From NCBI GenBank assembly GCA_038893835.1, contig JAWAQR010000022.1, forward strand, positions 1 to 20,325: a DNA stretch of 20,325 nucleotides, read 5' to 3'. The notes under the pieces are model-generated. The model made no database searches. It was not told the DNA's origin and saw only the letters and a list, made by a program, of their open reading frames with translations. Position 1 is the first letter of the stretch, and each line of letters starts with the position of its first letter. The position numbers and the translations under genes were made by a program. Positions 9,204-17,228 of the stretch are shown in pieces. Source of the DNA: Archaeoglobaceae archaeon (GTDB lineage: Archaea; Halobacteriota; Archaeoglobi; Archaeoglobales; Archaeoglobaceae).

Positions 9204-9273
9204 AAGTGCAGTTAGCGCCTTGATTAAAAACTTATCGACAAAAGCCTTTAACAGATCTATACACTTTTATGCT
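9204..9273. promoter_or_regulatory. Back-to-back promoters for asd and rqcH
   Basis: Minus strand: CGATAAG-TTTTTAAT (9237-9223), about 20 nt before ATG 9203. Plus strand: CAAAAGC-CTTTAACA (about 9239-9253), 20 nt before ATG 9274. Confidence 0.5.
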
Positions 9274-11043
9274 ATGAAACAGATGAGCTCTTTCGATATA
9301 AAAGCCTGTGTAGCAGAGCTCCAGAAGCTCATAGGTGGGAAGGTTGAAAAAATCTATCACTATCCTCCTGATGAAATAAGATTCAGGATTTATGCAGGAG
9401 AAAAATTCGATCTAATCATAGAAGCTGGGAAAAGGATTCATCTAACAAAGTTTCCGAAAGAGAGTCCAAAATTTCCAACCCCATTTGCAATGTTGCTTAG
9501 AAAACATTTGGAAGGATCAAGGATAAGAGCGATACAGCAGAAGGATTTCGACAGAGTTGTTTTAATCGACTTTGAAAGAGAAAAAAGCAAAAGAGTTGTT
9601 TTGGAGTTATTCTCGAAAGGAAATGTAATTCTTATGGAAGAAGACAGAGTTATAATGCCACTAAAAGAAATAAAAAAACAAATCAGCGAAAAAAAAGTTT
9701 CTCCTGATAAGGAATTGGTGAGGTATCTCGCAAACTCTGGTTTTGGTGGTCTTTATGCTGAAGAAATTTGCCTTAGAGCTGGGTTGAATAAAGTGAAAAA
9801 GTTTTCTGAACTAAGTGAGGAGGAAAGAAGAGTTCTTAAAGAAACAATTGAGAAGATCATGAACTTCGAATTGAGACCGCAAATCGTGTTAAAGGACTCG
9901 AAACCGATAGATGTTGTACCAATGGATTTGATGTATTATAAAGATTATGAAAAGAAGTACTTCAAAACTTTCAATGAGGCATTGGACGAGTTTTATTACA
10001 GAACTGCAAGCGAGGAGAGGGAGAGTGAGGAAGTTGAGAAACTTAAAAGCAGGTTAAAGATTCAGGAGGAGACTTTGAGGAATTATGAGAGAGAGATGGA
10101 GGAGTACAGAGAGATTGCAGATCTTATATACTCGAACTATTCTTTGATCGAAGAAATAATCGAAAACTTGAAAAAAAATAAAGCTTTTGATTTTGTTAAG
10201 AGTTACGATCCAAAAAATGGGAAAGCTTTGATTCAGCTTGGAGGAAAAGAGTTTGAGATAAAGCTAGATTTAGGTGTACACGGAAATGCGGAATTTTACT
10301 ATGAAATGGTTAAAAAGACGAGAAAGAAGATCGAGGGTATCAGGAACGCAATACAGGAAACTTTGAAGGAATTGGAAAGAGAAAAGAGTAAATTTAGATT
10401 CAGTTTCACGGTTCGAAGAAAGAGAGAATGGTTTGAGGATTACAGATGGTTTATAACTTCTGATGGATTTCTGGCAATTGGTGGAAGAAATGCTAAGATG
10501 AACTCCGAGATAGTTTCGAAACATCTGGAAAGCAGGGACTTGTTCTTCCATACTCAAACCCCGGGAGCACCTGCAGTTGTTTTAAAGTTAGGACAAGAGG
10601 CTACGGAAAGAAGCATTTTTGAAACTGCAGAATTTGCAGCAATTTATTCTTCCCTATGGAAGGAGGGAAAGCATTCTGGAGAAGTTTATTATGTTAAACC
10701 TGAGCAAGTATTGAGATCGGCAAAATCTGGTGAATATTTACCGAAAGGTAGCTTTTACATAGTTGGAGAAAGAAATTATATTACGGTTGAACTTAGATGT
10801 GCGATTGGAGTTGAACTTGAAAAAATGAGAGTAATCGGCGGTCCTGTGAGTGCGGTTAAAAAATGGGCAGATTACTACGTTGAGCTCGAAATTGGAGATG
10901 TTAAGAGCGATGAGCTGAGTGTGGAAATTGCAAAAATCCTAGCTGAAAAGGCTGGGGAAAATGCTTACATAGTAAAGGCAATAGCGAGACCGGAGGAAAT
11001 TGCAAAATTCCTTCCACCGGGGAAGTCGAGAATAGTGGTATGA
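9274..11043 (+). CDS. rqcH: Ribosome quality-control protein RqcH/Rqc2 (NFACT family)
   Basis: MKQMSSFDI start (ATG 9274), FAMLLRKHL, DFDRV, ELFSKGNVIL (NFACT-N), GFGGLYAEE HhH, coiled coil, WFEDYRWFITSDG.L.IGGRNA..N and GEYLPKGSF (NFACT-R). Confidence 0.9.
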   Translation: MKQMSSFDIKACVAELQKLIGGKVEKIYHYPPDEIRFRIYAGEKFDLIIEAGKRIHLTKFPKESPKFPTPFAMLLRKHLEGSRIRAIQQKDFDRVVLIDFEREKSKRVVLELFSKGNVILMEEDRVIMPLKEIKKQISEKKVSPDKELVRYLANSGFGGLYAEEICLRAGLNKVKKFSELSEEERRVLKETIEKIMNFELRPQIVLKDSKPIDVVPMDLMYYKDYEKKYFKTFNEALDEFYYRTASEERESEEVEKLKSRLKIQEETLRNYEREMEEYREIADLIYSNYSLIEEIIENLKKNKAFDFVKSYDPKNGKALIQLGGKEFEIKLDLGVHGNAEFYYEMVKKTRKKIEGIRNAIQETLKELEREKSKFRFSFTVRRKREWFEDYRWFITSDGFLAIGGRNAKMNSEIVSKHLESRDLFFHTQTPGAPAVVLKLGQEATERSIFETAEFAAIYSSLWKEGKHSGEVYYVKPEQVLRSAKSGEYLPKGSFYIVGERNYITVELRCAIGVELEKMRVIGGPVSAVKKWADYYVELEIGDVKSDELSVEIAKILAEKAGENAYIVKAIARPEEIAKFLPPGKSRIVV

Positions 11044-11987
11044 TCATAGATTTTCCTTCAACAGAAAAATCGAAAAAAATAGCCAAAAAATACGGATATG
11101 ATGAGTTCATAATAAGGAGGTGGTTGAATTTCTTTGGCGAAAAAGAGGCTTTAGAAATGATAGAAGCTTTTGAAAAGGGCATTCCAAAGTATATAAGAGT
11201 GAACACGATAAAAATTTCGGAAGAAGAGCTTTTGCATCGCTTGGAAGATAGAGGGTTTAAGTTAAAGAAGACGGAGGTCCCTTACTGCTATGAAGTTCTA
11301 GAGGAAAAGTATTCCATTGGCGCAACGCCCGAATATCTGATGGGATATTATTATATAATGGACAAGAGTTCTTGCATTCCACCGCTCGCACTTGATCCGA
11401 AGCCAAATGAATTAATCGTAGACTTCTGCGCATCTCCTGGAGGTAAGACTACATTTTTAGCAATGCTGATGAAAAATAGAGGGATAATAATTGCCATAGA
11501 GCCGCAAAAGGAAAGATTGCAGGCTTTAATAGATAACGTGAATAGGATGGGGGCGATGAACGTTGCAGTTCTAAACATGGATGCAAGGGATTTTCCAAAA
11601 TTGGGAATAAGGGCTGATAAAATACTGCTCGATGCACCATGCACTGGAGAAGGGATAATATTTAAAGATAAGACAAGAAAAACAGACAGAGGTATAAAGG
11701 ACATAATTTTCTGCTCAAGATTGCAGAAGGAGTTGATAATAAGCGCTTATGATTCCCTAAAAAAAGGTGGAATTCTCGTCTATTCTACATGTTCGCTAAC
11801 ACCTGAAGAAAATGAACTCGTCATCGAACATCTTCTTTTAAAAAGAAAAGCTGAGCTTATGGAGGTCGAATATGGAGAAAAGGCTTTGAGTTTAACAAAA
11901 ACAGACTTGAGCAAGGCTAGAAGATTTTATCCCCACAAACACCGCTGTGCAGGATTTTTTGTTGCAAAAATCATAAAACATGATTGA
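11040..11987 (+). CDS. NOL1/NOP2/Sun-family RNA (cytosine-C5) methyltransferase
   Basis: RVNT, DFCASPGGKT (motif I), DAPCTG (motif IV), YSTCS...EENE (motif VI), GFF; ATGA overlap with the rqcH stop. Confidence 0.93.
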   Translation: MIIDFPSTEKSKKIAKKYGYDEFIIRRWLNFFGEKEALEMIEAFEKGIPKYIRVNTIKISEEELLHRLEDRGFKLKKTEVPYCYEVLEEKYSIGATPEYLMGYYYIMDKSSCIPPLALDPKPNELIVDFCASPGGKTTFLAMLMKNRGIIIAIEPQKERLQALIDNVNRMGAMNVAVLNMDARDFPKLGIRADKILLDAPCTGEGIIFKDKTRKTDRGIKDIIFCSRLQKELIISAYDSLKKGGILVYSTCSLTPEENELVIEHLLLKRKAELMEVEYGEKALSLTKTDLSKARRFYPHKHRCAGFFVAKIIKHD

Positions 11988-12032
11988 AATTTGCAATTCA
12001 TTTTTGATCATGCTTTTTTAGATTAAAAATAA

Positions 12033-12048
12033 ACAAAACATATATAGT
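12033..12048 (+). promoter_or_regulatory. BRE/TATA upstream of the CBS-fragment/GNAT locus
   Basis: ACAAAAC-ATATATAG; the TATA ends about 21 nt before ATG 12069, the same spacing as other apparently leaderless genes here. Confidence 0.5.
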
Positions 12049-12068
12049 TTGTCAGCAAATTTCAGTTC

Positions 12069-12192
12069 ATGAAAGTCTGGGATATGAAAATTGGAGATGT
12101 TATGACGAAGAACGTTGCGATTGACTATGCAACAATCGCCAGACTACAACGTGAAAGAGTCGGCAAAAATAATGGCTGATCTGAAAGTTGGG
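12069..12192 (+). pseudogene. Frameshifted, truncated CBS-domain fragment
   Basis: Frame from ATG 12069: MKVWDMKIGDVMTKNVAIDYATI, stop at 12177-12179. The GNAT frame continues SPDYNVKESAKIMADLKVG. Joined near 12135 these give the typical CBS opening (V.D.MT..V.TI.PD..V.EA..IM....IG). Confidence 0.6.
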
Positions 12193-12717
12193 GTGAGTAA
12201 GCTGAGAAGAGACGATTTTGAGTCGATCATATACAAAGATAAGATTGGAAGGGAAATTACAATTAGAGCTTATGAGCCTAGCAAAGATAAGGAGAAATTG
12301 ATTGAAATGTATGTCAAATACGATCCCGAAGATCGATCTCTTGGCCTGCCTCCCGTTGGAAGGCATGCGATAGAGAAATGGATAAGTTATATTGAGGAGA
12401 GGGGTTTTTCAATAGTTGCGGAGCATGATGGTAGAATAGTTGGACATCTTGCAATTGTTGAAGACAACAACGATAAAGGTGTTGTGGATTTAGCCATATA
12501 TCTTGCTAAGAATTACCAAAATCAGGGCATAGGGACGAAGATGGTGATGGCAATAATAGATTACTGCCGGAAGATCTGTTATAAAAAGATAACCTTGGTT
12601 TGCGATCGACTTAACTGGAGAGCTATAAGAGTTTATAAAAAATGTGGATTTAAAACTGTTCTTGCAAGTTATGAGTTATACATGGAATTACCTCTAAAGC
12701 CCGAAGTTTCTAAATAA
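12193..12717 (+). CDS. GNAT-family N-acetyltransferase (DRxxGLPP type)
   Basis: DRSLGLPP, VAEHDGRIVGH, IYLAKNYQNQGIGT (motif A), NWRAIRVYKKCGF (motif B). Start uncertain: GTG 12193, ATG 12172, ATG 12127 or TTG 12115. Confidence 0.85.
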   Translation: MSKLRRDDFESIIYKDKIGREITIRAYEPSKDKEKLIEMYVKYDPEDRSLGLPPVGRHAIEKWISYIEERGFSIVAEHDGRIVGHLAIVEDNNDKGVVDLAIYLAKNYQNQGIGTKMVMAIIDYCRKICYKKITLVCDRLNWRAIRVYKKCGFKTVLASYELYMELPLKPEVSK

Positions 12718-13731
12718 TTTTTCAATTTCCACGTTTTGCTCCACCAAATCCCTCATTTTCTTTATTTTTTCACCTCTAAGCCTTATTTTTCCAAACTTTT
12801 CCTGGATTTTCATCATCGTAGTTGCGGTATCGTTTTTGGATAAGATTACAGGCACCCTATTTTTCTCTGCAAGCGCCAAAATCGTGGCTGATGGCTCCAT
12901 GTTTCCAGTAGCTATTATACACTTTGCCCCACTCTGAATTGCTAGGGAAATTATTTCTCCCCTATCTCCGCCAACCACCAAAGCGTAATTGGTTGCTTGT
13001 CTGAATTGGGTAACGGCAGATTCGCTCCTCATCGTACCAACGAGAATTTGCTCTATTTCCATATCTTTTTCAGACTTTACTAGAAATTCACCGTCAATCG
13101 CCTTTGCTATCTCAGAAATTTGAAGACTCATAAGTGCCGGATCCTTTGGGATTATGCCCAAAACTTCCAGATCGAACTTCTTAAACACGTTTTCAGCCAA
13201 AGCTTTAATGTAACTCTTTTTGTATCCTGAAACCTGATTTAATATCACTTCATGAAGCCTTTCATCGAAGAGTCTCTTCGCCATAACGATTTTGTCTATC
13301 ACGAAGTCATTCACAAACTTTGTGACCAGTAAAACTCTGGAATTCAACATCTTTGCTATTTCAACGTCGCAGATTTCCAATGAAGTAGCGGTTTGATAAT
13401 CCTGTGAACCTTCAATTATAACCACATCTTTCTTTATTTCGGAAAATACGTCTAATATTTTCCTCTTTAGTTCTATAGGATCCTCTGAGACTGCAAAATC
13501 TATGTAAGGTCTGTCCAGAACGATTGGACAGAAGACGGGTATTTCCAGGTCTTTACTTGCGAAATAAGCATCTTCATCGCAAATCTTATCTTCAACCTTT
13601 ATCGGATTCGTTCCAAAAGGCTTGAAATACGCAACATCATATCCTCTGTCCCTCAAGATCAATGCAAGAGATAATGCAATCCCGCTTTTTCCAGAGTAGC
13701 TCTCAGTCGATGATACGAATATCTTCTTCAT
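12694..13731 (-). CDS. BioD-like P-loop + DRTGG-domain protein (phosphotransacetylase N-terminal-like, no Pta catalytic domain)
   Basis: STESYSGKS P-loop, YFKPFG, IIEG, VGGDR.E DRTGG motif, IIATG; 345 aa. SD GGAGGTG lies in the end of acd. Confidence 0.85.
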   Translation of the reverse strand: MKKIFVSSTESYSGKSGIALSLALILRDRGYDVAYFKPFGTNPIKVEDKICDEDAYFASKDLEIPVFCPIVLDRPYIDFAVSEDPIELKRKILDVFSEIKKDVVIIEGSQDYQTATSLEICDVEIAKMLNSRVLLVTKFVNDFVIDKIVMAKRLFDERLHEVILNQVSGYKKSYIKALAENVFKKFDLEVLGIIPKDPALMSLQISEIAKAIDGEFLVKSEKDMEIEQILVGTMRSESAVTQFRQATNYALVVGGDRGEIISLAIQSGAKCIIATGNMEPSATILALAEKNRVPVILSKNDTATTMMKIQEKFGKIRLRGEKIKKMRDLVEQNVEIEKLFRNFGL

Positions 13732-13733
13732 TT

Positions 13734-15767
13734 TTACACCTCCAGCAACATCCTAAAATCTATTGCAACACAACCATCTTCAAAAACTTTGAGTGGATTT
13801 ATCTCCATTTCCAAAACAGGAAAATCTATTCCAAGTTGTGTGAACTTCAAAATCGTTTCAGCAATCGAATCTATGTTCACGCCTTTCTCACCCCTAACCC
13901 CCTTAAGGAGCGGATAGGATTTAACCTTTTTTATCATTTCGTACGCATCATCCAAGCTCAGTGGAGCTATTTTGAAAGAAACGTCTTTGAAAACCTCGAC
14001 ATAAATCCCACCAAGACCAAACATTACCACTTTTCCAAACTGTGGATCTTTCTTCATTCCAATTATTACTTCTTTACCCCCACTCACCATTTTTTGAACC
14101 ATTATTCCATCTATTCTTGCTGTGGGTATCATTTTTTCAACTCTGGACAGCAACTCATAAAAGCTCTCTTTTATTTTTTCCCTGCCAACGTTTAGTTTTA
14201 TTGCACCGATATCGCTTTTATGTACGATGTCAGGAGAGATAACTTTGAGAGCAACAGGATATCCTATTTTTTCAGCAAATTCAACGGCCTCCTCAACGTT
14301 TCTTGCAATTCCAAATGGAGCTATTCTTATCCCATAGCATTCGAGAAGTTCCATCCCTTCTATTCCAACGAATCTCTTCTTCACCCTTTCAAAAATCTTC
14401 AAGGCCCTTTCTTTATCAGCTTCAAATCTGAACATCTCACCCTCTTTGAAACTAATTCTTGAATACTTCTCAACAGCAGACATTGCCCTAACAGCTCTAC
14501 AAGGATCAAAAAAGTTGGCTATCTTGTTCTCTATCAACTTTTCTTCGTTTTTCTCATCTATTCCCATGAAACAACAAAAAATCGGCTTTTTAACTTTTAA
14601 AACCTCATCAACGGCTCTGTTGAAATCTATCTGCGCTGTTGGAGCAAGAATGGATAATATTGATCCAACATCTGGATCTTTGGATATTATTTCAAGAGTT
14701 CTGGCGAATCTCTCTGTATCTGCATCTCCAAGAATGTCTACTGGATTGTAAAAGTTTGCAGATGGTGGTAGAATTTCTCTAAGAGCGCTGATGGTTTCAC
14801 TTCTAAAGCTTGCAAGTTCAAGGTTGTTTAATTCTATCGCATCAGACGCCATAACTCCTGGGCCACCAGAGTTTGTGATAATGGCAACTTTACCAATCTT
14901 TTTGAACTTGAGCAGGGCGAATGAGAAATCGAATAGCTCCTCAACGTTCTCAGCCACTATGACTCCGGATTGCTCAAAAGCTGCTTTATATATTTCATAG
15001 CTACCGGCTAGACTACCCGTATGGCTGGAAGCAGCCCTAGCTCCACTCTCTGTCTTCCCCGACTTTAGGACAACTATCGGTTTTTCCCTTGCAACTTTTT
15101 TTGCAACTTCCATGAACCTTCTTCCATCCTGTATTCCTTCAACGTAGAGCATTATCACGTCGGTCATTTCATCTTCTGCAAAGAAGTTCAGGAAATCTGC
15201 TTCGCTTAAAACTGCCTTGTTACCCATACTGACAATCTTACTGAATCCAAACTTCATCTTTTGTGCCCAAAGTATTACAGCTAAAATGAAGGCTCCAGAT
15301 TGACTCAAAAAGGCTATTCTTCCTTTTCTTGGCATTATAGGGCTGAAAGTCGCGTTGAGGTTTATCTCCGGATTCATGACTCCTAGACAATTTGGACCCA
15401 GTAAGTTGATACCGTGTTTTTTCGCTATCCTTACAAGCTCCTCCTCTAACCTAGCCCCTTCTATACCGCTCTCCTTGAAGCCAGCAGAAATTACGATTAC
15501 ATTCCTCACACCAATCTTTCCACAATCGTCAACGATTCCCAAAACTGTCTGTGCTGGAGTTGCGATTATAACGAGATCCACCACTTCAGGCAAAGCTGAA
15601 ACTGTTGGAAAACATTCGACATCATCTATTTCGGAATACTTTGGATTCACGGCATAAAGATTTCCTGGAAATTTCTTCATGTTTCTTAAAATCTCGTTTC
15701 CTATGGATCCTTTTTTTGGCGATGCTCCAACTATTGCAACACTCCTTGGATAGAAAAACGCTCTCAT
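13734..15767 (-). CDS. acdAB: ADP-forming acetyl/acyl-CoA synthetase, fused alpha-beta
   Basis: PRSVAIVGAS, GPNCLG, SQSGA, SMGN, SSHTGSLAG (phospho-His), TNSGGPG, NPVD; ATP-grasp part HKSDIG, GLGGIYVE, MEINP. Acyl substrate cannot be assigned from sequence. Confidence 0.92.
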   Translation of the reverse strand: MRAFFYPRSVAIVGASPKKGSIGNEILRNMKKFPGNLYAVNPKYSEIDDVECFPTVSALPEVVDLVIIATPAQTVLGIVDDCGKIGVRNVIVISAGFKESGIEGARLEEELVRIAKKHGINLLGPNCLGVMNPEINLNATFSPIMPRKGRIAFLSQSGAFILAVILWAQKMKFGFSKIVSMGNKAVLSEADFLNFFAEDEMTDVIMLYVEGIQDGRRFMEVAKKVAREKPIVVLKSGKTESGARAASSHTGSLAGSYEIYKAAFEQSGVIVAENVEELFDFSFALLKFKKIGKVAIITNSGGPGVMASDAIELNNLELASFRSETISALREILPPSANFYNPVDILGDADTERFARTLEIISKDPDVGSILSILAPTAQIDFNRAVDEVLKVKKPIFCCFMGIDEKNEEKLIENKIANFFDPCRAVRAMSAVEKYSRISFKEGEMFRFEADKERALKIFERVKKRFVGIEGMELLECYGIRIAPFGIARNVEEAVEFAEKIGYPVALKVISPDIVHKSDIGAIKLNVGREKIKESFYELLSRVEKMIPTARIDGIMVQKMVSGGKEVIIGMKKDPQFGKVVMFGLGGIYVEVFKDVSFKIAPLSLDDAYEMIKKVKSYPLLKGVRGEKGVNIDSIAETILKFTQLGIDFPVLEMEINPLKVFEDGCVAIDFRMLLEV

Positions 15768-15770
15768 TGA

Positions 15771-15804
15771 AACTCAGCAATTGAGTTGAAGTAATAAAGC
15801 TTTC
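15771..15804 (-). promoter_or_regulatory. acdAB promoter with an inverted repeat between TATA and start
   Basis: Minus strand: GAAAG-CTTTATTA (15804-15792), then AACTCA-N5-TGAGTT (15771-15787), then ATG 15767. Confidence 0.5.
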
Positions 15805-15880
15805 TCCTTATTTAATTACATTATTTTATAGACTTCACAAATGCGATGGAATTTTATGGTAAAAAATTGATTAAAAAATT

Positions 15881-16885
15881 TTAGAGCTTTAGATTATCTA
15901 TGAAGATCAACCTCTTGGGAATAGGTGGATGGGTTGAAAGGAATTCTTGAACGGCGGAAACTTTTTCCTTCTTCAACCTCTCGATATCTGCTCTTGTAAC
16001 AAAGGGCTGTGCAACAGCGTTTGTTAAAGCGTAGATAAAGAGAGCTCTCAGCTTACTCTCGGCAATCTCATCTCTTATCGATGGATAACGGTGGTAGAAG
16101 TAGTGGATCTTCGCAAGGCTTCTCTGCATCGCATCCTTTCCAGCTGATAAAACCCCTTCCACATCTGCGAAGTACTCTCTGAGCCTGCTAAAAGCTAGAA
16201 CCAGAACTTGGATTACAAAAGATACAACAACTGCAGCTATTCCAACTGCAGCGAGCTGAGCGCCTCTGTTTTCATTACGCGTAGCTGAGTGGATCAACAT
16301 GTAGCCAAGGTAGAAGATTACAGATGGTAATATACCAAGAAGTAGCATGAACATGTTGTCTTTATGCTTGTGATGCCCGATTTCATGTCCAACAACAGCT
16401 TCGAGTTCATCTTTCGAAAGCATGTTAATTAGTGAATCCGAAACTGCAACGAATTTACCTGTGAGGAAGTTACCATACGCGAATGCATTTGGTGGACTCT
16501 GAACAATTACAGCCTTTGGAGGTTTTACATTTAGCCTTGAAGCCACTTTATCAACAACTTCCTGAAGTTCTCTGCTATATCTTGCTCCGTAGCTCATGTT
16601 GATGATGTATGGAGAAATGAGGTAGATTATCACGTTCATTAGAACGACGAAGATGACCAAGGCCATGAAGTCTATTGTCATCCTTGCAACGCTAACAATT
16701 GCATATATTATACCAGCGGAAATTCCGATGATTAGCAGCAATAATAGAGCCATTGAAGTGTAGAGCGAGAACTTTCCTGCAACTCTTCCAGCTACCTTTG
16801 GCGCCACTGTGCTTGCAAGTACAAACATTATTGCATATCCAAGGATTGCCAGCAAGATATAGAGCGGATCAAAGATCAGGAACAT
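15881..16885 (-). CDS. htpX: HtpX-like membrane zinc metalloprotease (M48 family)
   Basis: PNAFA, ELEAVVGHEIGH (HExxH), SRLREYFAD, STHPP; several TM segments. Confidence 0.92.
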   Translation of the reverse strand: MFLIFDPLYILLAILGYAIMFVLASTVAPKVAGRVAGKFSLYTSMALLLLLIIGISAGIIYAIVSVARMTIDFMALVIFVVLMNVIIYLISPYIINMSYGARYSRELQEVVDKVASRLNVKPPKAVIVQSPPNAFAYGNFLTGKFVAVSDSLINMLSKDELEAVVGHEIGHHKHKDNMFMLLLGILPSVIFYLGYMLIHSATRNENRGAQLAAVGIAAVVVSFVIQVLVLAFSRLREYFADVEGVLSAGKDAMQRSLAKIHYFYHRYPSIRDEIAESKLRALFIYALTNAVAQPFVTRADIERLKKEKVSAVQEFLSTHPPIPKRLIFIDNLKL

Positions 16886-17073
16886 AATACTACTCTTTCA
16901 TTTGGATAAAAAACTTTTTGGTTATATGCCTTCGGATTTCTGTTCTTCTCGGCTTTAATCCTATCTCCTTTGAAGTAATTAAGCCGAAAAATTTTATCGT
17001 GATTGCGAAAATTCTGCTATCATAGATGTTGACACCAAAACCTTGATAAATCTAGGGATAATTTTTTGTTAAA

Positions 17074-17146
17074 AGCCCCGTAGGGTAGCGGTCAATCCTG
17101 CGGGACTCTGGATCCCGCGACGCCGGTTCGAATCCGGCCGGGGCTA
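17074..17146 (+). tRNA. tRNA-Gln (anticodon CUG), intronless, CCA not encoded
   Basis: Acceptor AGCCCCG/CGGGGCT+A; anticodon arm CGGGA-CT-CTG-GA-TCCCG (CTG at 17108-17110); T arm GCCGG-TTCGAAT-CCGGC; A1-U72 pair typical of archaeal tRNA-Gln. Upstream CCAAAA-CC-TTGATAAA promoter-like element. Confidence 0.96.
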
Positions 17147-17166
17147 TTGATTTATGAATCATCTCG

Positions 17167-17182
17167 ATTTTATTTGATTTTT
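17167..17182 (+). terminator. Possible oligo-T terminator after tRNA-Gln
   Basis: T-rich tract ATTTTATTTGATTTTT about 20 nt downstream of the tRNA. Confidence 0.35.
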
Positions 17183-17191
17183 AATCATTTA

Positions 17192-17207
17192 GAAAAAACT
17201 TATATAC
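17192..17207 (+). promoter_or_regulatory. trp operon promoter (BRE + TATA)
   Basis: GAAAAAAC-TTATATAC, a near-consensus archaeal promoter; predicted start site near 17227-17230. Confidence 0.7.
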
Positions 17208-17228
17208 TCCAGATGAGAATTTACCCAT

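Noticed and set aside
9220-9273. TTG start for rqcH
   Set aside because: Lies in the promoter region; ATG 9274 gives the family-typical MK.MSS.D start.
10009-10115. GAG-rich low-complexity stretch in rqcH
   Set aside because: Encodes the Glu/Arg-rich coiled coil; not a DNA repeat element.
13662-15657. Several plus-strand ORFs (up to 177 aa) inside acdAB
   Set aside because: Antisense shadows rich in Phe/Ser, the expected mirror of a Lys/Glu-rich coding strand; the same applies to the other nested ORFs in the track.
13734-15767. Calling the ACD a Pat-type protein acetyltransferase
   Set aside because: No fused GNAT domain, and both catalytic histidine motifs are present.
16889-17051. Stop-free minus-strand frame of about 53 codons upstream of htpX
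   Set aside because: No usable start codon near its 5' end and no recognisable protein features.
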